NCBI GenBank assembly: GCA_964016885.1
Contig: OZ024741.1
Span: forward strand, 173,228,001 to 173,292,000
Length of the DNA stretch: 64,000 nt
Reading direction: 5' to 3'
From: Eledone cirrhosa
Taxonomy: Eukaryota
Shown here: one piece after another, positions 14,023 through 27,620 of the stretch
How positions within the stretch are numbered: the first letter of the stretch is position 1
Layout of the letters: each line of letters starts with the position of its first letter
The notes under the pieces: model-generated
Seen by the model: the letters and a program-made list of their open reading frames with translations, nothing else
Databases searched by the model: none
What the model was told of the DNA's origin: nothing
Program-made: the position numbers and the translations under genes

Positions 14023-14115
14023 AAGAGAACAGAGAGAGTATGATTTAAGTATGAAGGAGAGGAAACAGTATGATAGGATCTAAGAAGATATTTAACATTA
14101 TTAAACAATTCTTAC

Positions 14116-14169
14116 TTCATGAGAATCCTGCATGTCAGGCCCCAGTTGGCTTTCATCTTTCTGAAGCAT
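14116..14169 (-). CDS. HMG20A: Probable first coding exon of the HMG20-like gene (MLQKDESQLGPDMQDSHE); exon begins at 14171
   Basis: tttcatattttttag acceptor, GAA|gtaaga donor, open and in phase 0 with the 12579 exon. ATG at 14169-14167. Confidence 0.7.
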
Positions 14170-15282
14170 GGCTAAAAAATATGAAATATATATATTCAAT
14201 ATCAAAAGCACTCTAAATTTTTAGAAAGAGCACAAACTGTATTTAGTAGTAAAACACTTTACAACTCTACAATTTGACTAACACAGAAACAAATATGCAG
14301 TTTCATTGAATTAATCTAATTTGTTGATTTGATGAAAAAAATTAAGAATATTGAACAGTATACAAGTAACTACCTCATGCTGTGAGGATGGGTGATCTGA
14401 AACCATGCCAATAGTTAATTGGACATAATAGCCTCTCAGACAGACTAAGGCCCCCCTCTCACATGTTCCTGCATTCAACCTTTGTTTGACAAGTTTTCTA
14501 TGGCTGGGTCCCTTTCCTAACACCTACCACTTTCAGGGTGTATTGAGAGCATTTTATCATTTAAATAAAATGTGACATTAGTAGAGAAAAGGTTGGGAAC
14601 CCCTGGATTAGTTTGACGTTTCAAATGGCAAAGTTAACTGTGACCATTTGAAAATACACATTTGAAGTCGACCAAAACTTTTGACAAAATTAGGTTAATT
14701 TTAAAGTATTTATTGAAAAGCTGACAAACTCATTAAAGTGAAAGACAAAATGCGTTGAAATATTTGTTCAAGCGCTTGGTACTCAGAGTGGACATCCCAG
14801 TGAGATCAGTGGATTGGCAGGATTGTCAGTATGTCAGACAAGATGCCTTGCAGTATCTGTAACTGGCTTTCTGTATGCTGAGTTCAAATCCTGCTGTGGC
14901 TTGGATAGTAGACATAATGTCACCCAGTTCATCCCCATTCCCTGGCCTTTGGGTGTCTTCTGTGGAGTCTACTCTATGGCAAGCATTCAAGCTAGGTCTC
15001 CAGTTTGAGGATACCTTCCTACCCCCTAGTCTTGGAGGCCCTGAAAAGAGTTAAGGGGGACTGTCCTTTCCTTCATAACTAAACAATTAAAAAAATGTAA
15101 CTTAAACCAAAGAAAAATGCAATATTAGTGTGTACATTATGCTCGCACAATATATATTCCAGCATCATCAGAATGTTTTCAGTCAACTCTCTTAACTTTT
15201 ATCCAACATGTCAATGGATAGATATATAGATACACAGATATATATATAATTTATAGAACAGAATTGAATTTACCTTGATATA

Positions 15283-16805
15283 TCATCATCATCAACGTTT
15301 AACGTCCGTGTTCCACGCTTGCATGGGTTTGGACGGGGGTTTTCCCACTTGAGGCAAGAGTGATTATCTTGCTCGCATAGGACTATCTGGCGGGTTTTCT
15401 ACAGCTGGATGCCCTTCCTAACACCAACCACATTTACAGTGTGGGGCTGGGAGGTTTTTACCGTGTTGCCTACACGGCCACATTACAGCGTGAACTGTGT
15501 GTTTTTTTGACGTGACACCTACACGATCTCATTTGTTTCGGCCTGGATGTTGTGGCACCAACATAACTTTACATTGAAAGGGGCGGTGTGGATGGGGTGG
15601 GGGTGGTGGAACGGGGGTGTATTTTGTTAGAGATGCCTACTGGCTATAGTAGGTTTTACTTTGTATTTAGGTAAGGCGGGTCTTCTCTATTACTGAGTAC
15701 CGCCAAAGGTCTCGGTCCAGTGACATTGTCTTGGTGAGGTGTAAGTGTGTGAGGTCGGAATTTATCAGCTCGTCCCAGGTTTTTCTGGGTCTGCCTATTC
15801 CGTGGCTACCGTCTATCTTTATTGCCCTGCACTTTGTTACACAGCTATCATCCTTCATGCGCATCACGTGACCATACCAACGTAGTCTTCTCTCGAGTAA
15901 ACAACATCTGATCCCTCTTATTTCTAATTTCTCCCTTAGTTTGTTTATGCTTTGCCGTTCACGTATATTACTATTACACATCCAGCGGAGCATGCAAGCT
16001 TCGTTTCTCTCTAGTCTGCGTATATCTTCTGCACACAATGCCCAGGTCTCACTGCCATGCAGCATTGCTGTTCGTATGCAGGCATCGTACAACCTGCCTT
16101 TCATTTTTAGGGAGAACCCTTTAGCGGCTAATAGTGGTATAAGCTCTCTGAACTTTTTCCATCCAGTTCTGACTCTAGCTACTGTACTTTCAGAGCACCC
16201 TCCCCCACTGCTGATTTTGTCACCCAGGTAACGGAAGCTGTCCACTATTTCTATAGAACCCTCTGCGCAGTTGAAAGAGCTAGTATTTTGTGGGCACTTG
16301 CTGCTACTTATTGCACCAGAGCACCGGCCACATGTAAAATCTATGTTCTTAGTTAGCTTACCTGTGATCCCACTACATCTTTTATGCACCCATACTTTGC
16401 ATTTGGGACACAAAATGGAGTTTCTACCTACGTCTTTCCTACACACTGAGCATGGCCACTTCCCGAAAGGGACCGCCGCCTTATTTTCTTTCTTACAAAC
16501 TAGAACTTTAGTCTTAGCCAGGTTAATTTTAAGGCCTTTTGATTCTAGGCCGTGCTTCCATGTTTGGAATTTCTTCTCTAGCTCGGCCATTGATTCACCT
16601 ATGAGTGTTAGGTCATCTGCGTATAGGAGTTCCCATGGGCAACCGGTCTTGAACTCCTGTTATAGCCTGAAGGGCAATAATAAATAGTAGGGGGCTGAGA
16701 ACAGAGCCCTGATGGACGCCAACTTTTACGCTAAACTCTTCACTATATTCGTTGTTAATTCTAACCTTGCTGACTGTTTCTTTATACATGGCGTGTATAG
16801 CTCTC

Positions 16806-16809
<4 letters not shown>
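15283..16809 (-). mobile_element. RTE LINE family A, 5'-truncated young copy with one frameshift
   Basis: GVHQGSVLSP, YADD region, FRYLG, RRLRWYGHVMR, GRPRKTW motifs; 3' UTR and (GAT)n tail; 5' end abuts (TA)n. Confidence 0.95.
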
Positions 16810-16873
<64 letters not shown>

Positions 16874-16896
16874 AGAGAGAAGAGAATTGTATTTAC

Positions 16897-16953
16897 CTTA
16901 AGTATTCAATTCTTTATCTACTTCCAGAATTGAATCCAGATTCTGAATTATGT
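16897..16953 (-). other. Probable 5' UTR exon of the HMG20-like gene
   Basis: Strong T-rich ...tttttcag acceptor and AAG|gtaaat donor. All three frames have stops. Splicing to 14171 places an in-frame TAA just upstream of the ATG. Confidence 0.5.
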
Positions 16954-19789
16954 CTGAAAAATAAATAAAAATATATAAATAAAATCAAAATCAAAAATAA
17001 TTACAATAGTTCAGATTTTCCTGTGGTGTGATCAGCCTGGTGCACTTTTGATCAAATGTCAAAAGATGTAGCACCCAGCAGAATCCTTTGTCATGTCAAG
17101 TTCATTGTGTATGCATGTGTGTGTAAATATATATATATATATATATATATTCCATTACATCATCCCATTATGTATATTTCAAAGGTACCAAAAGATCCTT
17201 ATTCAACAATTATTCAATATGTTGCCCTCAGACAGAAAGTTCAAATGAAAATAAAAATAAAGTTTGGTTTGGTTTTACATCTCAATACCCAGCAAGCATA
17301 TTCTTTCAAAGTCAATAAAAAAAGTACCAGTCCCCAGTAATGGGGTTGATTCTTCCTCTACATCTTTTTCACTTCCACTATCTGACTGTCTCTCCCCTTC
17401 TCAGGAAGTAATCAACTGTGATCAGATCTGGAGAAGGGATGGCCTCTGCAAAGCTTTAAATTCCCAAGACAAGCTGTATGTTACAACACCCCTATGACTC
17501 CATCAGGAGTTATGGATCCATATATTCATACAATAATCCTTTCATCCCAATAGTTCCTAACCTTTCCACAATTAAAGACCCCTTTAATTTAAATGAATTT
17601 TCCTGCTGGTTCCTTACTACAACTACTCCCTTTGCAGATTGTTATATGGTGAGAATAACAAAAAAGAGAAATGCTTATCCTTAGAGAACAATGAATACTC
17701 ATCCAATCATGTATGCATATTATGTTTTTAAGAAAGTGCTGCAAATTTTGAACTTAACTCAGAGGCCCCAGGTGGGGTATCACTAATCAATCCAATCAAA
17801 TATTGACTCAACTTTTTAAGAGGTCAAAATATTTTGAACTGTTTCTCTGGTTTAACCATTTCTTTACTGTATTTCTAATGCAATCCACTCTATTTTAATT
17901 AAATTAATGAAGAATTTGAAGGAATTTATTAAAATTATTAATTATTTCATTTTAAGATGGTATTTGTAATTTAACAAAAGGTTCCTATATAATGGTGAAC
18001 ATTTTTTATTTAAATAGGAACCCTTTAAAAAGAGTGGTTCTGTTTCATAGAACCAGCGATGGTTCTAGTTTAAATACCATAACTCCAACAGAGTGAAGTT
18101 ATTATTACTCAAAGTCCAAGATCATAATATAAACTTAGAGCAACGGAAAAAAATGCCTTGAAGTTTTTATTCTGGATCTTTACATTCATCATCATCATTG
18201 TTTTAATGTCCGCTTTCCCTGCTAGCAAGGGTTGGACAGGTCTACATAGACCAAGTCAGTACTGATGCAGAGCCATTGATCTTCCATGCAGGCCAGGGAT
18301 AACTATCTCACTTTATGTACGGTTCATGCTCCAAGGGTGTCATGTCTTTGGCCTGAGGGTCCTCCCGATTCTTTTGTTTGGTAAGATTTCTACGACTGGA
18401 TGCCCTTCCTATCACCAACCACTTTACAGCATGTACTAGGTGCATTTATTGTGTAGATTACCAACACTAGGGAGTCTGTCATGTCCTTGACACGACTGAA
18501 GGGTCCTTCCGACCTTTTGTCTAGCAAGCATTCTACAGTTTTGAAATCCTCCCATGGTCAATGAAATAATCCACCAGTTAAGTACTCAGGTTGATTTAAC
18601 CAAATAATCCACTCCTCTAGAAATCATTACACAGAAAAATTAAATTTTGTTTCATTACCAAAGGATGTTTTCGGCAGTGCAAAACAATCTTCAAACAACA
18701 GAGTCGGGAGGACTCTGCAACTGTGTCTAAGCTATGACAACCTCCCTTGTGCCGGTGTCACAATAAAATGCACTCACTAGTGCACAGAAGCAAGTTGCAA
18801 GCCATCAACCCATCAGAGCACTCAGTAGTGTGTAGGAATGTATGTAAGTGAAATGCAGGCTCCCAGCCTACATCTGCTGATGAAACGTCAAATACTTGCT
18901 AGCAGGGAAAGCAGATGTTAAACAATGTGATGATGACTCCCAAAACCATATCATTCCTTAAAATTATTAATTAAAAAAATACATATATATACACTATAAA
19001 TTCTGTTTAAAATATATTTATTAATTAGTTTATCAGTTACAATATATGTTCAAAATGTATAACTGTAAAAACAAACAAAAAATGATTAATAAATAAATTT
19101 TAAATTATAGTGTTAAACAGATATATAATGTATATGACAAACACCTAGTTTTATAGTTCTCATGTTCATTAAATTCTGATAAATACAGGACTTGTAATGT
19201 TGGAGACCTTCGGGAAATGAAAAGAAAAAACCTGAGTAATAAGTTAGTATATTTTCATGCAATTATTATTTTCATTCAATTTCAGATCAATTGATCATAG
19301 CTCCAGTACTATAGACATGAATGTCAAACGAAAGAATCATAGAACAGATTTTACGAGCAAAGCCAAGTGACAGGAGACCCAAAGGTAGAACCATGAGTAA
19401 GGTTATTCGATAATATCCATAAGCCTGTCTACTTGGAGATCCAACAAGATCATTTCAAATGAATGAAACAATTCTAATCATGTAGAAGTCATTTCTATAT
19501 GGAATAAATATGTATTATCTCTACTAATGTATTGAGTACCTTATTTATCTGTGTTTTTTTTTCTGATCCTCTTCAGAAAACAATTTTTAATTTCATATAT
19601 ATATATATTTATCCCAAAAGTAAGGGTTCTGATTTTCCTATGCACAACATGGTAACACAGCACCTCGATATATTTAGGCGTGTTGGTTATAACCTTGGTT
19701 GACTCAATTGAGTCAGTTGGAAGTTATTGCTGTTTATGTACAGATGTGTTTATAACCTCTGTTACATTTACGATGCAGGAAAATATTGA

Positions 19790-20070
19790 ACAATGATGCG
19801 TGATCAGATTTTGTATGAAACTCAACAAATCTGCCATCAAAACATTTAATTATTTAACACAAGCCAGAGACAAAATGATAAAGTGAGGAGTGGCACACAA
19901 AAAATTCTCCTTGTCCGAAGAAAGTACTCATGAGCAGATCCAGAATGAAAACAATGATTACCATTTTTTTCAATAGCCATGATATTGTACACAAAGAATT
20001 TTTACCTCCAGGACAGTCAGTTGATTGTACCTTCTACAAAGATGTCTTGGAACAACTTCAAAAATGGGTC
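19790..20070 (+). mobile_element. Internally deleted mariner transposase remnant, followed by an RTE fragment (20075-20212, minus)
   Basis: SRSRMKTMITIFFNSHDIVHKEFLPPGQSVDCTFYKDVLEQL is a mariner catalytic-domain segment. Confidence 0.75.
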
Positions 20071-20443
20071 CTGCACACCATCTTCCCCTTAAACCCAGCT
20101 TCTCCCTCAGCTCTTCCAAGCTCTGCCTTTCTCTCACATTTACATTGCACATCCCACAAAACATGGTTGCTTCATTTCTCTCCAGTCTGTGCATGTCCTT
20201 TGCTGGCCACAATTTCTATTTCAAAGCTAAGACGGAAATAAGACTACTGTTTTGCCATACAACAGACTGTAATGAAGAATTCTGAAAAAAATCAATACTT
20301 ATATGACAGTGTTTCAACTCACATGATATTAAAGTCAGTATTCATTAATTACTTGGCTCTTTATCAACTAGCATTTGTTACTGTCTTTAAGCTAAAATCT
20401 GTGTGAGGAGCATGAAATAGCAAGGTTTTAACAGCAATTTGTG

Positions 20444-20660
20444 AAGGTGTGTGGCTTGGTTAATTTGGGCGTTAGGTTCATGATCATAAGGTTGTGGGTT
20501 CGATTCTGATCTCAGGTGATGCATTGTCTTTAAAGTAAGTCAAAGATTTCCCATTGCTCCTGTCCACTCAGCTGAAAGAAAAACAAAAAAACGTGCACCA
20601 GCAGCAATGGACTAGCGCTCTGTCAAGGAGCGGAGTCTTGTGCTCTGGAATAAGCTGTGA
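20444..20660 (+). mobile_element. tRNA-derived SINE (family 2); related copies at ~11325-11560, 33590-33670, 37920-37970, 3380-3560 (minus)
   Basis: A-box-like tggcttggtt, B-box ggttcgattc, shared gtccactcagctg core. Confidence 0.6.
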
Positions 20661-21094
20661 CTTGATAGGCCCTTGGTTTGAGAAAATAATCAAGAATTTA
20701 GTAATATCATTAATTTTCACTGGTGTTGGGAGCATAACTTAAAATTCTTAGATAAAATTATGATGGAAGGTTTTTATATAAATCTAAGCACTTTAATACC
20801 GTTGAACAAAGGGAGGTTACAGACAGTTTGATATCAAAAGGGATAAATTGTAAAGTTAAGTTCAAAGACTTTTTATTGAAAATCCGTGGGTCTACTCTTG
20901 AGCACATGTGAAACACCTGGCGGTAAAGTGTGATGGCACACCCATGTTATAGGCTATTCTGAATGACTTCCTGAAAGAACATCCATCTAATCAAACAGCA
21001 TTATTTTGATAAAATTATTTGGATAAAATAAAGTACCAGTAATGTACTGGATAATTGCTGGCCTTGTGCCTAAAGAAGAAACAATTATTTTTTT

Positions 21095-21285
21095 TGTGGA
21101 TTGGCAGTATCGGTAGAGGGTCGGACGCCATGCTTTGACGCATAGAGTTACGGCCCTTGCCATTCTGAGTTCAAATGCCGTCGAGGTTAACTTTGCCTTT
21201 CATCCTTACGGGGGTCGATAAAATAAAGTACCAGTAATACACTGAGATAATTGCTGGCCTTGTGCCAAATTTAGAAACAATTATT
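21095..21285 (+). mobile_element. tRNA-derived SINE (family 1), preceded by a partial 3' duplicate (21020-21090)
   Basis: A box tggcagtatcgg, B box gagttcaaat, core gcctttcatccttacgggggtcgataaaataaagtaccagt, tail agaaacaattatt. Confidence 0.85.
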
Positions 21286-22069
21286 TTTTTGTAATTACTT
21301 GATCATTAGGGTAGGACAAATTTTGCAGTACATTGCTAGAGAGCTAAACAAAAATCTATAAGTGATATACTCCTATGGACACAATGACATAGATAGGTAA
21401 GCTGTGCAACAATAATATTAACTGACCAGCTCTAAAGGGACACAGAATATTGCCCTGCTATGTAGGATGGTGAACATGATGATCATTATCCTTATCATTT
21501 AACATGTTTTATTTGCTAGCAAGGATTGGATGGGTTTTCACAGACTGAGCCAGCTCTCAAGCAGGCTTACTGACCTCTCAGATGTGCCAGGGATCTACAT
21601 TTCGCTTATACAGGATCCTATGTTCTACCGAGCTCATTTTATTGTGACACCAGCACTAGGGAGGTTTAACATAGATGCAGAGGACAACAAACCCTTTGTT
21701 TGGCAGATTTTCTATGGGTTGATGCCCTACCTATCAAGCTGGATAAATCCAAGGAAGACCAATCATGTTGGCTCTTTAACTGCATGAAACCACATTAGAA
21801 AGACATTCTTGAAAAGTATAAAACTACATATTAAAATTTAAACTCATTTTAGTTTGCTACAAATTTTCACAAGAATCTGTCCAGAACTTCTAAAGATATA
21901 CAAACATTTGATTTTAAAAACTTGTTTTTAGATATTTTCTGCTAACTGTTAAGCGTTAAGAGTTTAGCCCACCAGAAACCCTTCACACACACCTCTTGAC
22001 CGACATTCCAAACAAATCTGCATATCTGCACATCAGTATGCAGCATGTTGTAATACATCCTTCCAGTAC

Positions 22070-23822
22070 TCATCATCATCATCGTTTAACGTCCATCTTC
22101 CACGCTTGCATGGGTTTGGACGGGAGTTTTCTCACTTGAGACAAGAGTGGTTGTCTTGCTCGCATAGGACTGTCTGGCTGGTTTTCTACGGCTGGATGCC
22201 CTTCCTAACACCAACTACATTTACAGTGTGGAACTGGGAGGTTTTTACCGTGTTACCTACACGGCCACATTACAGCGTGGACTGTGTGTTTTTTGTCGTG
22301 ACACCTACACAACCTTATTTGTTTCGGGCTGGATGTTGTGACACCAACATAACTTTACATTGAAAGGGGTGGTGTGGATGAGGTGTGATAGTGAGACGGG
22401 GGTGTATTTTGTTAGAGGTGCCTACTGACTGTAGTAGGTTTCACTTTGTACTTAGGCAAGGCGGGTCTTCTCTATTACTGTGTAGCGCCAAAGCTCTCGG
22501 TCCAGTGACATTGTCTTGGAGAGGTGTAAGTGTGTGAGGTCGGAATTTATCAAGTCGTCCCAGGTTTTTCTGGGTCTGCCTACTCCGTGGCTACCGTCTA
22601 TTTTTATTGCCCTGCACTTTTTTATACAGCTGTCGTCTTTCATGCACATCACGTGACCATACCAACGTAGTCTTCTCTCGAGTAAACAACATCTGATCCC
22701 TCTTATTTCTAATTTCTCCCTTAGTTCGTTTATGCTTTGCCGTTCACATATATTACTATTACACATCCAGCGGAGCATGCAAGCTTCGTTTCTCTCCAGT
22801 CTGCGTATATCCTCTGCACACAATGCCCAGGTCTCACTGCCATGTAACATTGCTGTTCGTATGCAGGCATCATACAGCCTGCCTTTCATTTTTAGAGAGA
22901 ACCCTTTAGCGGCGAATAGTGGTATAAGCTCTCTGAACTTTTTACATCCCGTTCTGACTCTAGCTACTGTACTTTCAGAGCACCCTCCCCCACTGCTGAT
23001 TTTATCACCCAGGTAACGGAAGCTGTCCACTATTTCTATAGAACCATCTGTGCAATGGAATGAGTTAGTATTCTGTGGGCACTTGCTGCTACTTATTGCA
23101 CCAGAGCACCGGCCACATATAAAATCTATATTCTTAGTTAGCTTACCTGTGATCCCACTACATCTTTTATGTACCCATACTTTGCATTTGGGACATAAAA
23201 TGGAGTTTCTACCTACTCCTTTCCTACACACTGAGCATGGCCATTTCCCAGATGGGACCGGTGCCCTATTTTCCTTCCTACAAACTAGAACTTTAGTCTT
23301 AGACAAGTTAACTTTAAGGCCTTTTGATTCTAGGCTATGCTTCCATATTTGGAATTTCTTCTCTAGTTCAGCCACTGATTCAGCTATGAGCGTTAGATCA
23401 TCTGCATATAGGAGTTTCCATGGGCAGCCGGTCTTGAACTCCTCTGTTATAGCCTGAAGGGCAATAATAAATAGTAGCGGGCTAAGGACGGAGCCCTGAT
23501 GAACACCAACTTTTACGCTAAACTCTTCACTATATTCGTTGTTAATTCTAACCTTGCTGACTGTTTCTTTATACATGGCTTGTATAGCTCTCACAAGCCA
23601 TTCATCAACACCTAGTTTTCTAAGTGCCCACCAGATAATCGAGCAAGGTACTCTGTCAAAGGCTTTCTCCAAGTCAACAAAAGCTAAGTATAGGGGTTTA
23701 CTTTTAGCTAGGTACTTCTCCTATAGTTGTCGTACAATGAAAAGAGCGTCTGTTGTACTTTTTCCTGACACAAACCCGAACTGCATTTCGTCTAGATCAA
23801 TTCGCTCTGATTAGTTGCGCTA
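22070..23822 (-). mobile_element. RTE LINE family A, 5'-truncated copy with an uninterrupted 406-aa RT/C-terminal ORF (22452-23672)
   Basis: EKAFDRV, QGSVLSP, YADD, FRYLG motifs; near-identical to 15283-16809; (GAT)n tail. Confidence 0.96.
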
Positions 23823-24229
23823 AATACTACCTTTAAATTTGCAGACCTTCCTACATGAACTACATGTTACATAATCTTACTGAAGTTAATGTTTTGTTTA
23901 ACCATATGAATTTGTTTGTGGCTAATCAGGCCAGCCATGGAAAGACATTAGGGCCTTTAAATCCTGATGGAATCATAGAGGCATTACTCTAACATGACAT
24001 TTTTAATGTCTGAACACAATCAATTTCTTCAAGAGGAGAGAAAAAGAGAGAACAAATTATAGATATAGAGTGGACTGGTACTTCATTTATTGACCTCAAA
24101 AGAATAAATGGCAAGTTGACCTTGGAGTACAGGAGGTTGCAGAAAATATCGCAAAGTCTTCTAGCTGACATTCTAATGACTTGGAACGATATACAGAACC
24201 ATAAATATCGCAGACCAAATTAACTCCAT

Positions 24230-25015
24230 CTACTGACATGCGCAGCCGGGTTGGAAGTGGTATCATGACTGGCGGGTGTTAAATCTGTAGGCTGGAATTT
24301 ACATATGACATGGTGTTACTTAACTAGACAGAAGGTGATCTCCGACTGGCACTTGATAGATTTGACACAGAATGCTGCATGGCTGGAATGAAAATCAGTG
24401 CTGAAGCAGGTAGAGAAGTTCAATTATCTCAGAGCTGTGTTCATGAGTGTTGGAAGGCAGGAGGATGAATTAAGTGCAAGAATTGCAGGAGCTGGTGCAG
24501 TAATGTGCCAGCTTCAGCATTCAGTAATCAGAAGAGAGGTAGGCATAAAAGCCAAACTCACTATCTTCAATTCAGTATTCGTGCCAACCATCACCTATGG
24601 TCATGAATCTTGGGTAATAACCGAAAGAATATGATCACAAATACAAGTGGCTAAAATAAGGCTCCTCCGAAGGGTCTCTGGAGTAATGTTACTCGACAGA
24701 GTGCATAGCTCAGAGATAAGAGTCACTCCAAGTAGAGCCGCTACTTCTCCAAATTGAGAGATTACAGCTCTATGGGCATGTGATTAGAATGTCTCAGGAA
24801 AGAATTGCTGGACAGATTTTATGGGCAAAACCAACTGGCGGGAGACCCAGCGTTAGACCCTGAGCAAGATGGTTGGAAAACATCCTTGAACTTGGCTGGT
24901 CTCGTTTGGGGATCCCACCGGATCAGTTGGAGACAGTTGCTTCTGAAAGGACCCGTTAGGAGTGTTTGAGGAGTCTGCCCCAACGACCATCTCAGGAAAC
25001 GGTGGACGAAGAAGA
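24230..25015 (+). mobile_element. RTE LINE (Expander-like family C) 3' fragment, degenerate
   Basis: KAKLTIFNSVFVPTITYGHESWVITERI; LRRVSG; 3' end ggacgaagaaga. Confidence 0.8.
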
Positions 25016-25193
25016 TATATATACTCCACAAATTAAGTTTTTGTGCAGCGTGCTTAAATTCTGCATTAGACAGGCATGTTTTATTCGTAGTGATGGAAAG
25101 CATTTCTCATGTTTTCAAAGGGGACTTTACTGTAATTAAACAATTTTGTTTTGTGCCGAGGTCACTTTCCCTGCTCTGGGATCCATGTATCTA

Positions 25194-25228
<35 letters not shown>

Positions 25229-26152
25229 CCATTATCATCATGTTTACGTCGACTCTTCCATACTCGCATGAGTTGGAAAAGACTTTTGGAGACGTTTTAC
25301 AGCCGGATGTCTTTCCATTTTAGTCACTTTTTACGACATGCAGCGTACCTCTGTTAAACGAATACACTCATATATATAATATGCATGCAAACACACACAC
25401 AGATATAGATATATATATATATTAGTGTCCGTATATTACCAATGTTTTGCAAACCCTAACACACAATTTAAGCATCCATCACAGCTATTGTTATCTTACT
25501 GTGTACAATTATTAGAAAACATATAGACCACAATTATTTATCTTCAAATTCTATTTAAAAAGTGGGTTCACATAGTCGTGAGTAATTTTGATGGGTGTTT
25601 CATTAATGGAAAGACTATTGAAAATAATTTTACTGGTCCGATATAACGAACGGATTCTTTTTGCATTAAGCAAATATATATTTTTGTGCAGAGTTGCAAA
25701 AAGTAGAATTTAGCTTTTCCCTTATCAATATTGTCTTCAAATACTAAGAGTAGTCTAACTCTATTAAGAATATCTGAATTCGAAACATTGGCGTACAAGT
25801 AATAAATGAAACACAAAGATTAAATATCAGTTAATTTTGATTTCGTTTAGAAAAAAGAAATTGAAAACCTTATTATTAGAAGAGAATTGATGGAGCATTT
25901 AGTTATGTCCCTTTATGTAGAGTTCAAATCCCGCCGGGGTCAAAACTGTCTTTTATCTTCCCTGGGTCGAGTAATAAATAACGTAAGCATCAGTCAAATA
26001 CTGATTTAAAATCGAATAAAAGAAAATCGTGTTGCACCGATTGACCGTATACCAATGTTAGACATTATTATTATTATATTAAAATCGTTTCTGAGAAAGC
26101 ACATGACTGAGTGGATAGGAAAGGACATTGATTTAAGCTAATTTTTCTAATG

Positions 26153-26211
<59 letters not shown>

Positions 26212-26689
26212 CCTTAATAATGATTTCTAATTTAAGCACAGGACCAGTAATTCGTCGAAAGGAGAGGGGGGGCGATTAAATCAACCCCGGCACTTAAGTA
26301 TTACTTTATTTTATCGACCCAAGAAGAATGAATGTTAAAGTTGACCTCGGCGGGATTTGAACTCAGATCGCAAAAACCGAAACAAAAAACCGCAAAACAT
26401 TTTGTCCAACGCTCCAACGATTATCGCAAATAATACTGAAAGTACCAAAGTAATGGTGTAAACTTCAATTTAACAATAACAGATAGTTTAGAAAACAAAC
26501 TTCTGTAAGTTAAATATGAAGAAAAAAAAGAGCAGCTGAAGTAACCACGATTGAGAAAGCTATATATAATTTTGTATCTATGTATCTATGTAAACATAAT
26601 TATTTACTTTGGATCACCAATCAATCAGTTCTTATATTTGCCGTTAATTATTATTTCGTTTACTTACGGCAGTCGAAGAGGAGCCAATT

Positions 26690-26744
<55 letters not shown>

Positions 26745-27041
26745 GTGTGCGTGAGATGTATATAGATATGTGTGAGAGAGAGAGAGAAATATGTATCTAT
26801 CGATATAATGGTATATCTGATAGATGTAGCATTGAAAGACGTTTAGTAAAATATAGATATAAATATATATTATATATATATATATGTGTGTGTGTGTAAT
26901 GAGATGCAGCTAACATGCAACAAATAGTGTGTTTGTGTATTTCTATACACATAAATATGTGTTATGTGGGTTTTCTGAAAAAACTATTATTTACAAATAG
27001 TTGCATTATGTAAGTTTGGAACATGAATATGAAATACTACA

Positions 27042-27093
<52 letters not shown>

Positions 27094-27250
27094 CATATGT
27101 ACAAACACATACACACAATGACTGGAGAAAAGGAATGACGCACAAAATTAAAACGAAAATCTTCTACAGCACATTGAGTAGCATAACTGGGGCTTGTAAA
27201 ATGTGATCATTGTTAGCAGAGTTTATTAGAAGACTGAAGTGATGTATTCC

Positions 27251-27620
27251 ACTTACCAGGCAGAGGCCGGGTAAAACAACAAACATGTGCGCTTATTTCT
27301 CACAACCAATATTATTCCATCGGAAAGATTTTCAGAAATTCCGCAAGATGGCGGATGGTTTAGGTTGAGATGAGCGGAGGGATATCTGATGGAGATTTTC
27401 GTGTGTTTTTGTTTCTGATGTTCGTAATATATAGCATTCTGTACCAGCAACTACCTAACTTTGCTATTAATATTGTAGCTTCATTGATTCAGAATGTTCA
27501 CTTCATAAACTGTTATTATCTTGTATTGTAACTAGCGACAACAAATAGCATTTTAAAGGGAACTTCTTCGATGACGGAAGGATATATACCGGAAATTGAT
27601 TCTTAACTGGTATCTTCTGT
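27251..27620 (-). promoter_or_regulatory. Probable promoter / non-coding first exon of the HMG20-like gene
   Basis: Minus-strand donor CTG|GTAAGT at 27251-27259. YY1-type CAAGATGGCGG at ~27344-27354. ETS-like CGGAA motifs at ~27575-27595. Locally CpG-enriched non-repetitive sequence. Confidence 0.55.

Noticed and set aside
18876-18895. ctgatgaaacgtc resembling a hammerhead core
   Set aside because: No stem II between CUGAUGA and GAAA, and no stem I pairing.
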